This document shows positions 27,423-39,674 of a stretch of DNA of 64,000 nt, one piece after another (position 1 is the first letter of the stretch; every line of letters begins with the position of its first letter). The position numbers and the translations under genes were made by a program. Below the pieces are notes generated by a model. It was not told where the DNA came from and ran no database searches. It saw nothing but the letters and a program-made list of their open reading frames with translations. Location: positions 29,202,001 to 29,266,000 of the forward strand of contig NC_135900.1 in assembly GCF_964194155.1 (NCBI RefSeq), given 5' to 3'. This stretch comes from Cetorhinus maximus (taxonomy: Eukaryota).

Positions 27423-30400
27423 GGGCAGAATTGTCCCAGATTTGCACTAAGTGCAGTAGCAGAAGGGTAAAGCGACGTTACAACCGCCGGCCGCATTGGC
27501 GGCTTTTTACGCCGTATCGTCCCAAACCCACCGCATTAATTATGCATTCCAGGGAAACACACTGTTTCTATGGCGGACTGGCTCTCATTCGCCTGCCACA
27601 CCATCACTTCGCTGCTTCATCATGCCGGGTGCCACATTTAAACTGCAGCACCTCTCACTGCTTCCAGCCCAGGACTGCTGCACGGAAGACAGGATAGCCC
27701 CTAAAGGCAAAAAGAATGCAGCCCACCGGTTCAGTGACGCGTCCCTCGAATGCCCTTGGAATGCCATGGAGGCCTGCCGTGATGTCCTCTACCCCCACTC
27801 TGGCCGCAGGATGGGCAGCTGCATCACCAATCCAGCATGGGAGGTGGTGCCAGGGGTGGTCAGCTGCCAAAGAGAACAGCTACCCACAGGATGAATGGTC
27901 TCATCCATTCCACCAGGGTAACTTACTCTTCTCATCACTCTCAACTCACACACTCACAAGTCCATCACACATCCACAGAGATCTCACACCTCAAGGGACA
28001 ACACCATTAACTCTCTCACACACCCTCACATCCCCATCAGGGCCATATCCTCTCGAGCTGGTGTCCCCATCCTGTCATGGCTCCGCTCACCACAAAAACA
28101 TTCCATGCAGTGCCATGTGTCCTACTCAAAATCTCTCCATCAGTTTTCATGCAGGAGAAACCTGCTCACATCAGCAGGAAGAGGACCCTGACTGGGGGTG
28201 ATGAGGCCCACATTAGGCCCCTCACTCACTTTGAGGAGTATGCCATCACGCTGATTGGTGAGGACGTGGACCTTGCCTGCGGTGACAGTGAGATCATCGG
28301 CGAGCACCCTCGTGAGGATCCTGCACCATATCATCCCTCAACGCAACTGTGAGTGCTCTCTCTCCTGCTTTTGACTCTGCTGCCATACACTATTTATCTC
28401 TACTTTTGTTCACAGGGGGCTCTGCTAAGTGACTGACACCCTCAGCCAGCCAGTCCCTCAGCTCCATCCTTGTCCTCACCTGCAGCCAAGAGGACACCTC
28501 CTCCATCGAACAGCTGGAAATAAGCAACCTGGAAGACCCGTCACAGCGCTTACCCACGCCCTCCACCAGCAGAGACTCACCTCGGTGGGACCTAGATCTA
28601 GAGCAGGCTTGGGTTCACAATCTGGTGGTCACTGCATGGACACATGTCTGCAGCAGCAGAAGTCTGGTTCCTGCTAGCGCCCCGGCACTTGGATGACTGC
28701 TGGGGATCAGGCATGAGGTCTGTGAGGTCTGAGTCAGATGACGAACCTCTGGATACAGACTTCCAACTTATCCTGGAGAGTCAGCAGAAGGAGTGGGAAC
28801 ATCACACAGAGCTGGTGGAAGGCACATGAGTTGGAGGAGTGCGTCCACCTGGACTCTGATGAAGTGGTACCCACATGTGCGTATATGGAGGTCTCCATGG
28901 GGAATATGGCGGCCATGGAGACCCTGGTCCAGCAGAATGTGGAGATGTGTGCAGACCTGAAACTGTGAGAGCCAGAGGTGAGTTCCTGCAGTGGCAATGC
29001 GAGAGGATAATGGGGTACCTCGACCTCCCTCCAGTGCTCCTTCCCCTCAAGGAGTCAGGCCGGGGCCCCCAGACACATGAAGGGAGGAACAGCAGCAGCA
29101 GCAGCAGCTGGACAACTCTGGGTCATCCACTCAGGAAACTCAGAAGCTGTCCTCTCCCTCTGGGTCCCCTTTGCCTTTGAGCCCCTAAACCTTGTCCTCT
29201 GTCACCGCAGAGGGAGCAGGGGGCCAACGAGCGGCTCTGGAGGGAGAAGTGTGTGTGTGGCAGGGCCTTTCGGAGCCTTGTGCAAGCACTCACATGGATC
29301 CTTCACATATCATACTCACCACAATGTCCTGAGCATTTTCAATGCTGCCTGCTGGGGTTTGCTTTCAGTTGTCTATCTGAGCTGACCTGCATCTCCGCCC
29401 ACCCACTGATCACATTCCTGTGCAGCCCTGATCTCGCCCACCACAACTGTCATTTCATTTTCGATTTAGACAGCATGGTCTGGATTTGCTTTATCGTCAG
29501 CTCCCCCATCTTTTCCCCTCCCCGTGTCACCCATTTCCTTTCCCCCATCACTATTAACTCCCATGGCATCACCTTCCACCTCCCCCCCGTAACCTACCAG
29601 CCACAACTCTCTGCCTTCGGGGATGTCCAGGTAAACGTGCACATTCCCTTCCTTCCCGAACATCCCACCCCCATCCACATTCACCTCCCCAACCTCCTCC
29701 TTCCCACCCCCAGGGTCCGTGTCTCCCTCCGATTCCCTACCAACCACTCTTGCCGTCTCTTCTACCACTGCCATCGGACCCTCACCCTCCCACTCTTACC
29801 GCCTCACTCAGCCATCAGTCATTCTCATCATTCCCTTGTTCTACGTCCACCCTTAGTTCACTCCCCAGGAGGCAGTCATGCACTCATCAGAGCCCTCCTG
29901 TGGGCATTCACCTGAACATCACCCCACCCCGCCGAACCCTCCCCACTTGGTACACTTCTGCCCCCGTCCACCCTTTGCCCTTCCCTCTGCGGACTCCACC
30001 CCTTCTTAGTCCTTCCCCCTTGGAACACTTCCGCCCCCCCTGCCCCCCCCGACCACCCTTTGTCCTTTCCTCTGTGGATTCCACTTAGTCCTTCCCCTTT
30101 CCTGACTCCTTCAACACCCTTACTTCTTCCTCCACCCTTAGGCCCTTCCCCCTTCCCGGCTCCTTCCTCTACCTTTACTTCTTCCTCCAGCCTTAGTCCC
30201 ACCCCTCTCTGCACTCCTTCCTCCCCACAGGCTACCTCCCCTCCATCCTTCCTCCCCACAGACTCGCTTCCCTCTCCACACTCCTTCCCCCCTCCAAACT
30301 CCTCCCCTTACACCTTACACACCCCTTACACCTCCCTCCCCATCCTGACGCCTTCATTTCCCCTCTCAACTTCACCCCATCCTGACCCCCATCATCCGTT

Positions 30401-30814
30401 GTGAGCAGACCCTCAACGGTGACGTTCCAACTTCCGTGGGCTGCATCGTAGCAGAGCTGTGTCCATGAGAATCATGAGAATCCACCCGGCATGCCATGGA
30501 CATTCCTCCAATGTGTTGTTGATCTCGGGCTGCAGCATCTTCAGCTCCTCGGATGTCCGCAGTGTGAACAAGGGCCTGTAGGTAAGTCCCGACTTCTGCA
30601 CGTCACACTTGTCAAGATGTGTTTTGCACCGGCGGATGGACGATCCAGCGGGGGGGGGAATGAGTCCGGCGGGCTGGCCTTATAGTGATATGCAGACGTA
30701 TTACAATGACATTCCGATGGTGGGGAACGCGGCCCGCCATCGACAGGCTGAGCAGACGATCACAAACTGGTTTCATGACATTGTAAAACCGATTTTTGTC
30801 CTTGTCATCAGCCC
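27423..30814 (+). mobile_element. 3.4-kb Harbinger element with Myb/SANT gene and no recognisable transposase
   Basis: GGGCAGAATT...CAGCCC with perfect AGT/AGT TSD inside CR1 ORF2. Exon APKGKKNAAHRFSDASLE...RDVLYP...AWEVV, donor CAGG|GTAA at ~27918, acceptor TTCATGCAG|EKPAH at ~28153. Confidence 0.85.
29500..30400. repeat. Long C/T-rich low-complexity tract inside the Harbinger
   Basis: About 900 bp strongly depleted in G and A on the + strand, with many C3-C9 runs. Confidence 0.8.
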
Positions 30815-32662
30815 AGTAACAAACTTAAAGAAAAAGCATATAATTATGCAAAGACAAGTGGCAGGTCAGAAGATTGGAAAGAATATAAAGAATAACAAAG
30901 AATGACAAAAAGATTACTAGGGAGGGAAAAAATAGAGTACGAGAGAAAGCTAGCTAGTAATATAAAGACAGATAGTAAAAGTTTCTATAGATATTTAAAT
31001 AAGAAAAGAGTTAACAAAGTGAGCATTGGTTCTATCAAAAGTGTGTCTGGAGAATTGATGATGGAAAGTAAGGAGATGGTGAATGAATTAAACAGGTATT
31101 TTGCTCTGGTCTTCGCCAAAGAGGACACAAGTAACATCCCGGAAATAGCTGTAAATCAGGAAATGGAAAGGAGGGAGGAACTTGGAAAAATTACAATCAC
31201 CAGGCAAGTGGTATTGAGCAAATTGTTGGGGCTGCGGGCTGACAAGTTCCCAGCTCTGGATGGACTTCACCCTAAGGTCTTGAAAGCAGTGGCTAGTGAG
31301 ACAGTTGATGCATTGGTTTTAATTTTTCAAAATTCCCTAGATTTCGGGAAGGTTCCATTAGGCTGGAAAATAGCAAATGTACCTTCTTTATTCAAAAAGG
31401 TAGGGATACAGAAAACAGGCAACTACAGGCCAGTTAGCCTAACATCTGTCATGGGGAAAATGTTAGAAGATATTATTACAGATGAAAGCAGGGCACATTT
31501 TTTTCAGGATGTGATGAGTGGTGTACCACAGGGATCAGTGCTGGGGCCTCAACTTTTTACAATTTATATAAATGACTTGGATGAAGGGACCAAAGGAATG
31601 GTTGCTAAACTTGCTGATGACACAAAGATAGGTAGGAAAGTAAATTGTGAAGAGGACATAGGAAGCACAAAGGGACACAGATAGGTTAAGTGAGTGGGCA
31701 AAGATCTGGCAAATGGAGCATAATGTGCAAAAATGTGAAATTGTTTATTTTGGCAGGAAGAATTAAAAAGGAGCTTCTTTTCTAAATGGTGAGAGATTGC
31801 AGAGCTCTGGGATTTAGAGGGATCTGGGTGTTCTAGTGCATGAATCACAAAAGGCTACTATGCAGGTACAGCAAGAAATTAGGAAAGCTAATAGAATGTT
31901 ATCAATTATTGTGAGGGGAATTGATTACAAAAGTATAGACATTAGGCTTCAGTTGTACAGGGCACTGGTGAGGCCACATTTGAAGCATTGTGTATAGTAC
32001 TGGTCTCCTTATTTAAGGAAAGATGTAAATGCTTTAGAAGCAGATCAGAGAAGGTTCACTAGACTAATACCAGGAATGGGCTTATAATGAGTAAAGGTTG
32101 GACAGGTTAGGCTTGTATCCACTGGAACTTAGAAGAGTAAAAGGCGACTTGATTGAAACTTTTAAGGTCCTGAGGGATCTTGACAGGGTGAATGTGGAGA
32201 AGATGTTTCCTCTTGTGGGAGAATCTAAAACTTGGGGTCACTGTTTAAAAATAAGGGGCGCTCATTTAAGATCTCTTTCTGTCAGAGGGTAGTGAGTTTT
32301 TGGAACTCTCTTCCCCAAAAGGCAGTGGGAGCAGAGTCCTTGAATATTTTTAAGGCACAGCTGGATAGATTCTTGATTAACAAGGGGGTGAAATGTTATT
32401 GGGGGTAGGCAGAAATGCAGGGTTGAGGCTACAATCAGATCAGCCATGATCTTATTGAATGGCAGAGCAGGCTCAAGGGGCCAAGTTGCCTACTGCTGCT
32501 CCTAATTTGTATGTTCATATGTAAAAGTGGGGAAGCAAATGAGAAGTTTTTCTTCTTTAGTATTTAAAGGAGTTTTTCATCTAATTCTCTGAATGCCTTG
32601 AAATGTCGTTTTTAGTGCTTTCAGCTGCAGTTTGATTTTAATATCATAATATTGAAATAATT

Positions 32663-32813
32663 GGGGTAATTTTCACCTTTAGCACAGGGTGGTAAACTGG
32701 CAGAGTGCTTCACCTGCCTGATTTTAATTTCCATTGATTTTGATAAGCCAGGCCTAGCAATCCGCTCCACTCTAACAGATCAATGCTAAAGTGGTGGAAG
32801 TGAAAATGACCCA
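32663..32813. mobile_element. Short (~150 bp) MITE
   Basis: TIR GGGGTAATTTTCAC / GTGAAAATGACCCA, flanked by ATT / AAT. Confidence 0.55.
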
Positions 32814-34896
32814 AATGGGAAATGCTGCCCTGAGTTAGCATTGTGAAGATAATGAATAGTATGAAAAGCAAATAAGAGCATCAAAAATGACAAGGAAGTA
32901 TAAAACAAGAAAACATTATGTTGGACTGAATGGAGACGAGTTAAAATAGAAAGTAACAAGAACAACGAAAAATGCTTAGAATCCAGTAAATTATGCTCTT
33001 CTCATAATGGTGCAAAGAACGTTCACAACCATTACAGGAAAATCAATGATCATTCATCAGCATTACTGTACAATGCACTGTTATGAGGATAAGACTACGG
33101 GGAATGAATATACAGGGAACAACACCTGAAACTATTTCCATTGACAGAACTAACTTTCTTTTTTTTTTGTGTTTGACAATGTCAAATTTAAGAATAGCCA
33201 TACAGATAGGTCCTATTAAATTGCTCACCAGATCAGGACATGTGGCTTTGGGAAGCAAGATTTTTTGGGAGGGCACTTGTGCTGCAACTTTTACATCATA
33301 CAAAATCTTTAAGGTTAGCATCAGTAAAAATAGTGCACCTCACCAGTCAGGTCAGTTGACTGACTCATATGTACTACTAAAAGATGAGCAAAACCATCTG
33401 TGGAAAATTCCACTGTGTAGGGTACAACTCCAGCCTTGCTCAAAACTGCATTTAAAGGACGATCAGATGATATACTTGACCTCAGAAACTTATTTTTCGA
33501 CATTTTTATTGCTAAGGGAAAACAGATAGTCCACCTGCTCTTGCCTAAAATTTCTGTGCAAGCTAGTGTTATATGCAGCTGGCTGTGTGCAACTTAGGTG
33601 TGTCGGCTAAGCAATTGAGGGTATCTTCAGGATAACTCCATCCCCTGGAATCTTGTTATTGCTGTGCTCTTGTTATTACAGTGATGTTATTGCATCTGCT
33701 GGTTTCAAAGTAGTGATAAATCTTGATATTTTTTGGAAGCTCTCACATAATTTGAAAAAAGATCTTACCATCATCAATTTATTAACAAACCTGTTCAACG
33801 AAAACATAAGACAACATCATACATGATGTTTCTGCTTCTTATTACTCTCCAATGCGAAAGCTTAGTAGTTGGTAAAACTGCAACACAGCACAATAGTTAC
33901 TGATCCAAGACATCATAAAACACCAGTGAACTGAACAACTAATACAACTGTGCAATCCTGTAATTCAGTTATTGCTTTTATCCAGTTGAGACAACAATAA
34001 GTAAATTAAAATGTTTGATATTACTGTATGTACAGCTAGCTTAGACACAAGTTAAAGTTCTTAGTGTAGAATTCTTAATGCAACTAAAGGTTTAAAATCA
34101 AACTGCAGTTGAAAGCATTAAAAATGACATTTTCAAGGCATTCAGAGAATTAGATGCAAAACTCCTTTAAATACCAAGGAAGAAAAACTTCTGTTTGCTA
34201 CAAGTGACAAAGTCAATAATTCAAAAAATTACATATCCAAGGATGATCACCCTTTGCATCAGAAGTTTAATAGAGAGTTCTGAGAAATTACTACTTGAAT
34301 GGAAACTGGTAATAAGAAACTGAATAGTGCAGATTTGCTTGAAAATATTATTGCTGCTGTTAGCTCCAATGCTAACTTAGGATTTGTAATGACACATAAA
34401 ACAAAAACTTATTTACTGGCGCTGAATATTTAGAACTAATTCTCCAGTTTGGCACTTGAACAGCAAGGCTACATTGTTCAGCGAACCAGCCACATGCATT
34501 AATTTAAGTAAGGAAAATCATGAGCTATTGGCTCATTATTTCCCAGGTAACAGTGCTGGGACCTCTCTTCACTATAAATTATAAGAGTTCATAATCTGAG
34601 TTGCGTTGATTGTGGGTGATACTGAAAAGAGGGAATGCATTTTCCCATAGGCAGGAAGAGAATGCTGGAAGATGCACCACTTCCTCCACTTCGAGTATTA
34701 CTTTCAAAGCAGGAGACGTTTTGTCTCATGGCATGAAGCACATGGACCTAGCTTGGTTAAAATGGAAAAAAAATGTTCAAGAAATTTTCTTTTTAATTTG
34801 TTCATGGGATGTGAGCATTGCCGACAAAGCCAGCATTTATACCTAATTGCCCTAATTGAGAAGGTGGTGATGAGCTGCCACCTTGAACTGCTGCAG

Positions 34897-35038
34897 GAGG
34901 TGTCAGCTGTGGCTCAGTTCATAGCACCCTCGCCTTTGAACCAGAGGGTTGTGGGTTCATGTCCCACTCCCGGAAACCAAGAACTGTGATTGTACTCGAA
35001 AGAGTTGCAATCTGTGACTGTTGATAACTCGAAAGAGT
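34897..35038 (+). mobile_element. tRNA-derived mini-SINE, copy 1
   Basis: A box TGGCTCAGTTCATAG and B box GGTTCATGTCC. Perfect 14-bp TSD TTGAACTGCTGCAG (34883-34896 / 35039-35052). Confidence 0.9.
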
Positions 35039-35208
35039 TTGAACTGCTGCAGACCATATGATGTAGGTACACACACAGTGACGTTAGAGGAGTTCCGGTG
35101 ATAGTAAAGGAGCAACAATACAGTTCTAAGTCTGGTTTTTATGTGGCTTGGGGGAAAACTTGCAGGTGGTGCCATTCCCATGCGTTTGCTGCCCTTGTCC
35201 TTCTAGGT

Positions 35209-36691
35209 CAGGGATCACCAATATATCGATCACAAGCGGCTGGTAACTCGCTGTTTGCCAATAAGTAGCTCGCATTAAGATTTGGAAAAATAACCAATAG
35301 TATTACAGAATCCAAGTCACATGATTATTTTTCTGCCGCAAGCTAACTAGTTTGCCAACTTTTGTAAACGACACCAGTGCCTGAGTCAGTGTTATGTCGT
35401 AAGAGTGGGTCCGACCGCCGTAAGTAATAACATGGGTGGCATTTGCAACCTGCCCTAAGTGAGGATTGGCATAAGTTAAGGACCATCTGTACTAGCACAA
35501 TTCTGCTAGTTAGTGTGCAGCAGGAAAAATAATCTATTCTTGTTGACATCATGGATGCAGAGGCAGGTCCATCCAAAAAAAAAAGCAAAAGACTTACCAT
35601 TTCCATCAAGAGCGGGAGAACAATTTTTTGTTTTCAAGCATTAAAGACAAGTGTGTCTGTTTAATCTGCAGTGTCAGAGTTGCAGTGGGAAAAAAGAGCA
35701 ATGTCGAAAGGCATTTTGCAACAGTGCACAAGCATTTTGAGAGGGATCTTCCTACAGGAAGCAATCTGTGGTCACAAAAAGTAAGTTAACTAAAAGCTGC
35801 AGTGCATAGACAGCAATCTTTTTTTACGAAACCAACCAAGAAAGCTAATGCGGCAACAGAGGCATCGTTCAAAGTTGCTCATTATTTGATCAAGAACAAA
35901 GCAACATTTACAGATGGTGCGCTTGTGAAGGGCGTGATGACTCTGATGGCCAAGTCCTTGTTCAAAGATTTCAAAAACAGCCCTGAAATTATGTCTGCCA
36001 TTTCACATGTGCAGTTGGGAGCAAACACCATGACAAGAAGGGTATCTGCATTATCGGCCGACGTGATGGAGCAGCTAGAGGGGAATTTAAGTACATGCAA
36101 GTGGTTTTCAATTAAATGTGATAAATCGGTTGACATAAGCAATACTGCCCAGTTGGCAGTGTTTGTTCGAATGGTGTTTGAAGACTTCTTAAAGTGGAAT
36201 TCTTAACATTGTTGCCTCTGAAGTCCACAACCAGGGGAATTGATATCTACAATGGGGTCAAGAATTATTTTGCAAAATAGAATGTGCCATTGGAGAAGCC
36301 AGTGGTAATAACAACCAATGGCGTGCCAGCAATGACTGGGCGTCATGCCGGTTTCATGGCAAGTTGTTCAATTATGAGAACTCTGGTCCTTGACAGCTGA
36401 ACTTACAGGTGTTCCCAATCACATTTTGGTCCTAAATAATCTTTAAATGCTTAATTTAACAAATCATCTGCTTAATTGATCACAATGAAATTGATCCAAG
36501 GCTTAAACTGGTGATTTAATGGTGGCCTATAAAACCTGCTGGACTGGGGCTCTCCAGGAGCAGGGTTGGAGATCCCTGTCTTAATATGTATCCTTATCAA
36601 TCCGTATATTTTCAATATATGTTTTAGTAGCTTGGGATATTTTTCATTAATCAGAAGTAGCTCTCATTAAAGAAAAGTTTGGCGACCCCTG
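35209..36691 (+). mobile_element. hAT DNA transposon (Buster/Charlie group, GTF2IRD2/EPM2AIP1-like transposase), internally deleted
   Basis: TIR CAGGGATCACCAA / TTGGCGACCCCTG and perfect 8-bp TSD TTCTAGGT. Frameshifted N-terminus MDAEAGPSKK..KCVCLIC..KKSNVERHF..H, then ASFKVAH, QLGANTMTRR, FSIKCDKSVDISNTAQLAVFVR, TTNGVPAMTG. Confidence 0.93.
36375..36578. mobile_element. Nested hAT-type MITE fragment at the transposase deletion breakpoint
   Basis: Ends CTCCAGGAGCAGGGTTGGAGATCCCTG, a CAGGG-type hAT terminus. Other TIR and TSD not found. Confidence 0.5.
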
Positions 36692-38939
36692 TTCTAGGTA
36701 GTAGAGGACATGGATTTGGGAAGTGTTGTGGAAGGAGCTGTGGCGATTTGCTGCAGTAAATCTTGCAGATGTTACACAATGCTGACACTGTGTGCTGGTC
36801 TTAGAGAGAGTGGGTATTTAAGATGGTAGCTGGGGTGCCAATCAAATGGCTGATTTGTCCTGTTTGTGTCAAGTTTTTTTATTGTTATGCTGCACTCATC
36901 CAGGCAAGTGGGGAACATTCCATCACACGCCTGACTTATGCCTTGTAGATGGTAGATAGGTTTTGGGGAGTCAGGAGGTGAGTTACTTGTCTCAGAATTC
37001 CCAGCCTCTAACCTGCTCTTGTAGCCACATTATTTATAATGCTCAGTTTCAGATTGATGGTGATCTCGAGGGTGTTAGTGTTGGTAGTGGGGGAATTCAG
37101 CGATGATGATGTTTAATGTCATGGGAGATCGTTACATTCTTTCCTGTTGCAGAAGGTCTTTGCCAGACACTCATGTTCCGCGAATGTCACTTTTCATTTA
37201 TCATGCCAGTCCTAGATGATCCCCAACTGTGGCAACATGTGGATATGGACTATACTTCTCCAGTGTCTGAGGAACTGTGAATGGTACTGAATACCGTACA
37301 ATTATCAGCGAACATCCCAACTTCTGACCTTATGTTGGAAGGAAGATCAAAGATAAAGTAGCTGAAGATGGTTGGGCCTAAGACATTACCCTGATGAACT
37401 CATGTAGCAAGATCCTGAGACTGAGATGATTGGCCTCCAACCATCTTCCTTTATGCTAGGTAAGACTCCAATCAGTGGAGAGTTTTCCCCTGATTCGCAT
37501 TGACTTCAGTTTTGCTAAGGTTCCTTGATGTCACACTCAATCGAATGCTGTCTTGACATCCACGTTTGGACAAAGGCTGTAATGTGACCCTGACGAAACC
37601 CAAACTGAGCATCAATGAGCAGGTTATTGGCAAGTACCGCTTGATAGCACTATCAATGTTACCTTCCATTATTTTGCTGATGATCGAGTGTAGACTGATG
37701 AGACAGTAATTGTCTGCATTGGATTTGTTCTGCTTATTTGGGACAGGATATACCTGGGCAATTTTCCACATTCTTGGGTAGATATGTGTATTGTTGCATT
37801 AGCTGGAGGTGTGGCTAGTTCTAGAGCACAAGTCTTCAATACTATAGACAGGATGTTGTCAGAGCCCCCAGACTTTGCTGTATCCAGTGCTTTCAGCCTA
37901 TTCTTGATGTCACGTGGACTGAATTGAATTGTCTTAAGATGAACATTATTTTTAATTACACAAATAAATTCTGCATTTTGGTACTATATGGATCTTGGAA
38001 GCAATTATCTATAGTGTTAAAATTTAGACTAAATGTTGAAAATTAACACATTTTGAACTACCAGTAAATCTGAGCTATGAACTTTTATTATTTGCATAAC
38101 TAAAATTAAGCCACATATGGAGCTGAAAAAGCCTTGATGGTTTAAATATACTTTAGTATATTTTCAACATAATCTGAAAAGCCGTCAACCTTAAACGCAA
38201 ACTCTGTTTTTCTCCCTCTACAGATACTGCGAAGTATTGCCAACAACTTCTGACTATATTTCAGTATAATAACTGAATTACTTGCCTTCTAAAATGACTA
38301 TGGACAGGATTAAAGTATATGCTTTTTAAATATTAATATGTTTAAAAAGAATGACCGATGGATATAAATTGAATACTCGGCAGATAACTGGAAACCTATT
38401 TATATCCCATTTGTTTGTTACCCTTCACAAATAATTAGCAATATTGCCACTTCTGAATTACAAGGTCTTCCTCAGTGCCAATATAAAAGAATCCCACTAT
38501 TTTGTGGAGTTTCCTCTGCCACAGAGAGAGTTATTTTTATCAATAGCCAAACCGTAAAACTGCATTGAAAATGTTCTGACAATCAGTAACGCATCAAGAT
38601 TATGTCAGGGCAGTGACTCAATGTCAAAGCTTGAATGTCTAAGTAACTACTCAGGACTCAATAGGTTTATTATTGCAATCAAAGGAAGCTTATTGCTCTG
38701 GTAACCTGTTGATGGTTGTCCAAAAGAAAGCAAAAGCTTCCAGAGCAGTCTTTTAGTTGTTGTCATTAGCTGAATTAATAGATCATAATGAACAAACTCA
38801 AAATAGCTGCTAAACCACAAGTTCATCCGATGCAAGAGAAGTTCTTCACAGGACAGAGAAAGTAGTCATAGGTGCACACATTTTGGCAACACCAGGTCCA
38901 AAATAAGGTTGGAACTTTTTGCTGAGCTATACATTTTGA

Positions 38940-39162
38940 GCAAGGCACCAAGGGAACTCCCCTACTCTTTTTCAAATGTGCCTGAGAATGTTTTACATCT
39001 ACTCAAGAGGTCAGATGAGGAATTCCTTTAACGTTTCATCCAGAAGATGACGTTTCTGACAATACTAAACTCTCAGTTCTGCAGTAAGGTGTGACCTAGA
39101 GTAGCGCTTTGAACCCAAAAGGTTCTGATTCAAAAGTGAGAGTGCTACCACTGAGCCCAGTT
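38940..39162 (-). mobile_element. SacSINE1-like (Deu-domain) tRNA SINE fragment
   Basis: Homologous to 43340-43450 plus 44150-44285. Reverse tRNA head TTGAACCC...GAGAGTGCTACCACTGAGCC. Confidence 0.65.
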
Positions 39163-39534
39163 TGTCAGCCAATTAACATTAATTTATTTCAGTGAGTTTG
39201 GAATCAAATAACTTGGGAGAGTTTATACATAATCAAAAGCCCGATTATGTAAAGTGACGGCACATGCCACTGACCTCGAAGAAAGCTGCCCACAAAGATT
39301 TAGTGAGTTCTGTGGCATGGATTTCACTTTTTCAGACATTAATTTCATTCTGGTGTTAGCATCGGGGGAACTCTGGCATCCAGCAACAGTGATGTCATCA
39401 AGCAGCTTCAGCAGCCAATCACATTGAAGAATTCTCACACAACAAATCAGGAAGCATTAAGCAGGATTTATTATTCACAAATTAAGGGCCTCATTTGGCA
39501 TCGGGGCTGGGAGGTCATCCATGAGCATTCCCAC

Positions 39535-39674
39535 GAGGTGTCAGCTGTGGCTCAGTCCATAGCACCCTCGCCTTTGAATCAGAAGGTTGTGGGTTCATGT
39601 CCCACTCCCGGAAACCAAGAACTGTGACTGTACTCAAAAGAGTTGCAATCTGTGACTGTTGATAACTCGAAAGA
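39535..39674 (+). mobile_element. tRNA-derived mini-SINE, copy 2
   Basis: Five substitutions relative to copy 1. Different perfect 14-bp TSD ATGAGCATTCCCAC (39521-39534 / 39675-39688). It sits in a MITE remnant ending GGGCATTAAATTCTGCC at ~39787. Confidence 0.9.

Larger units (their letters stand above)
25640..32522 (+). mobile_element. Near full-length CR1 LINE (family A), decayed and interrupted by a Harbinger at 27423-30814
   Basis: ORF1 SGNH esterase (VVVVGDNIVR, VHVCTNDIG, ISGLLP). APE endonuclease (YLNARSI, TEAWL, GGGVAL, GDFN, LDLVL, SNDH). RT (NYRPVSLTSV, GVPQGSVLGP, ADDTK). 3' UTR ends CTCCTAATTTGTATGTTCATATGT. Frameshifts plus an RT deletion near 31490. Confidence 0.95.
34790..37945 (-). 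mobile_element. CR1 LINE (family B), 5'-truncated, hosting a mini-SINE and a hAT
   Basis: 3' tail TTCATGGGATGTGAGCATTGC at ~34800. RT ORF 37472-37771(-): MWKIAQVYPV..KQNKSNADNYCLISLHSIISK. Confidence 0.9.

Noticed and set aside
29253-30404. Several 100-220 aa ORFs
   Set aside because: Low-complexity pyrimidine DNA lacks stop codons, and no domain motifs are present.
34897-34975. tRNA gene
   Set aside because: Degenerate cloverleaf, extra tail and TSDs show that it is a SINE.
34983-35038. CRISPR-like direct repeats
   Set aside because: Only two imperfect units in a SINE tail, eukaryotic context, no cas genes.
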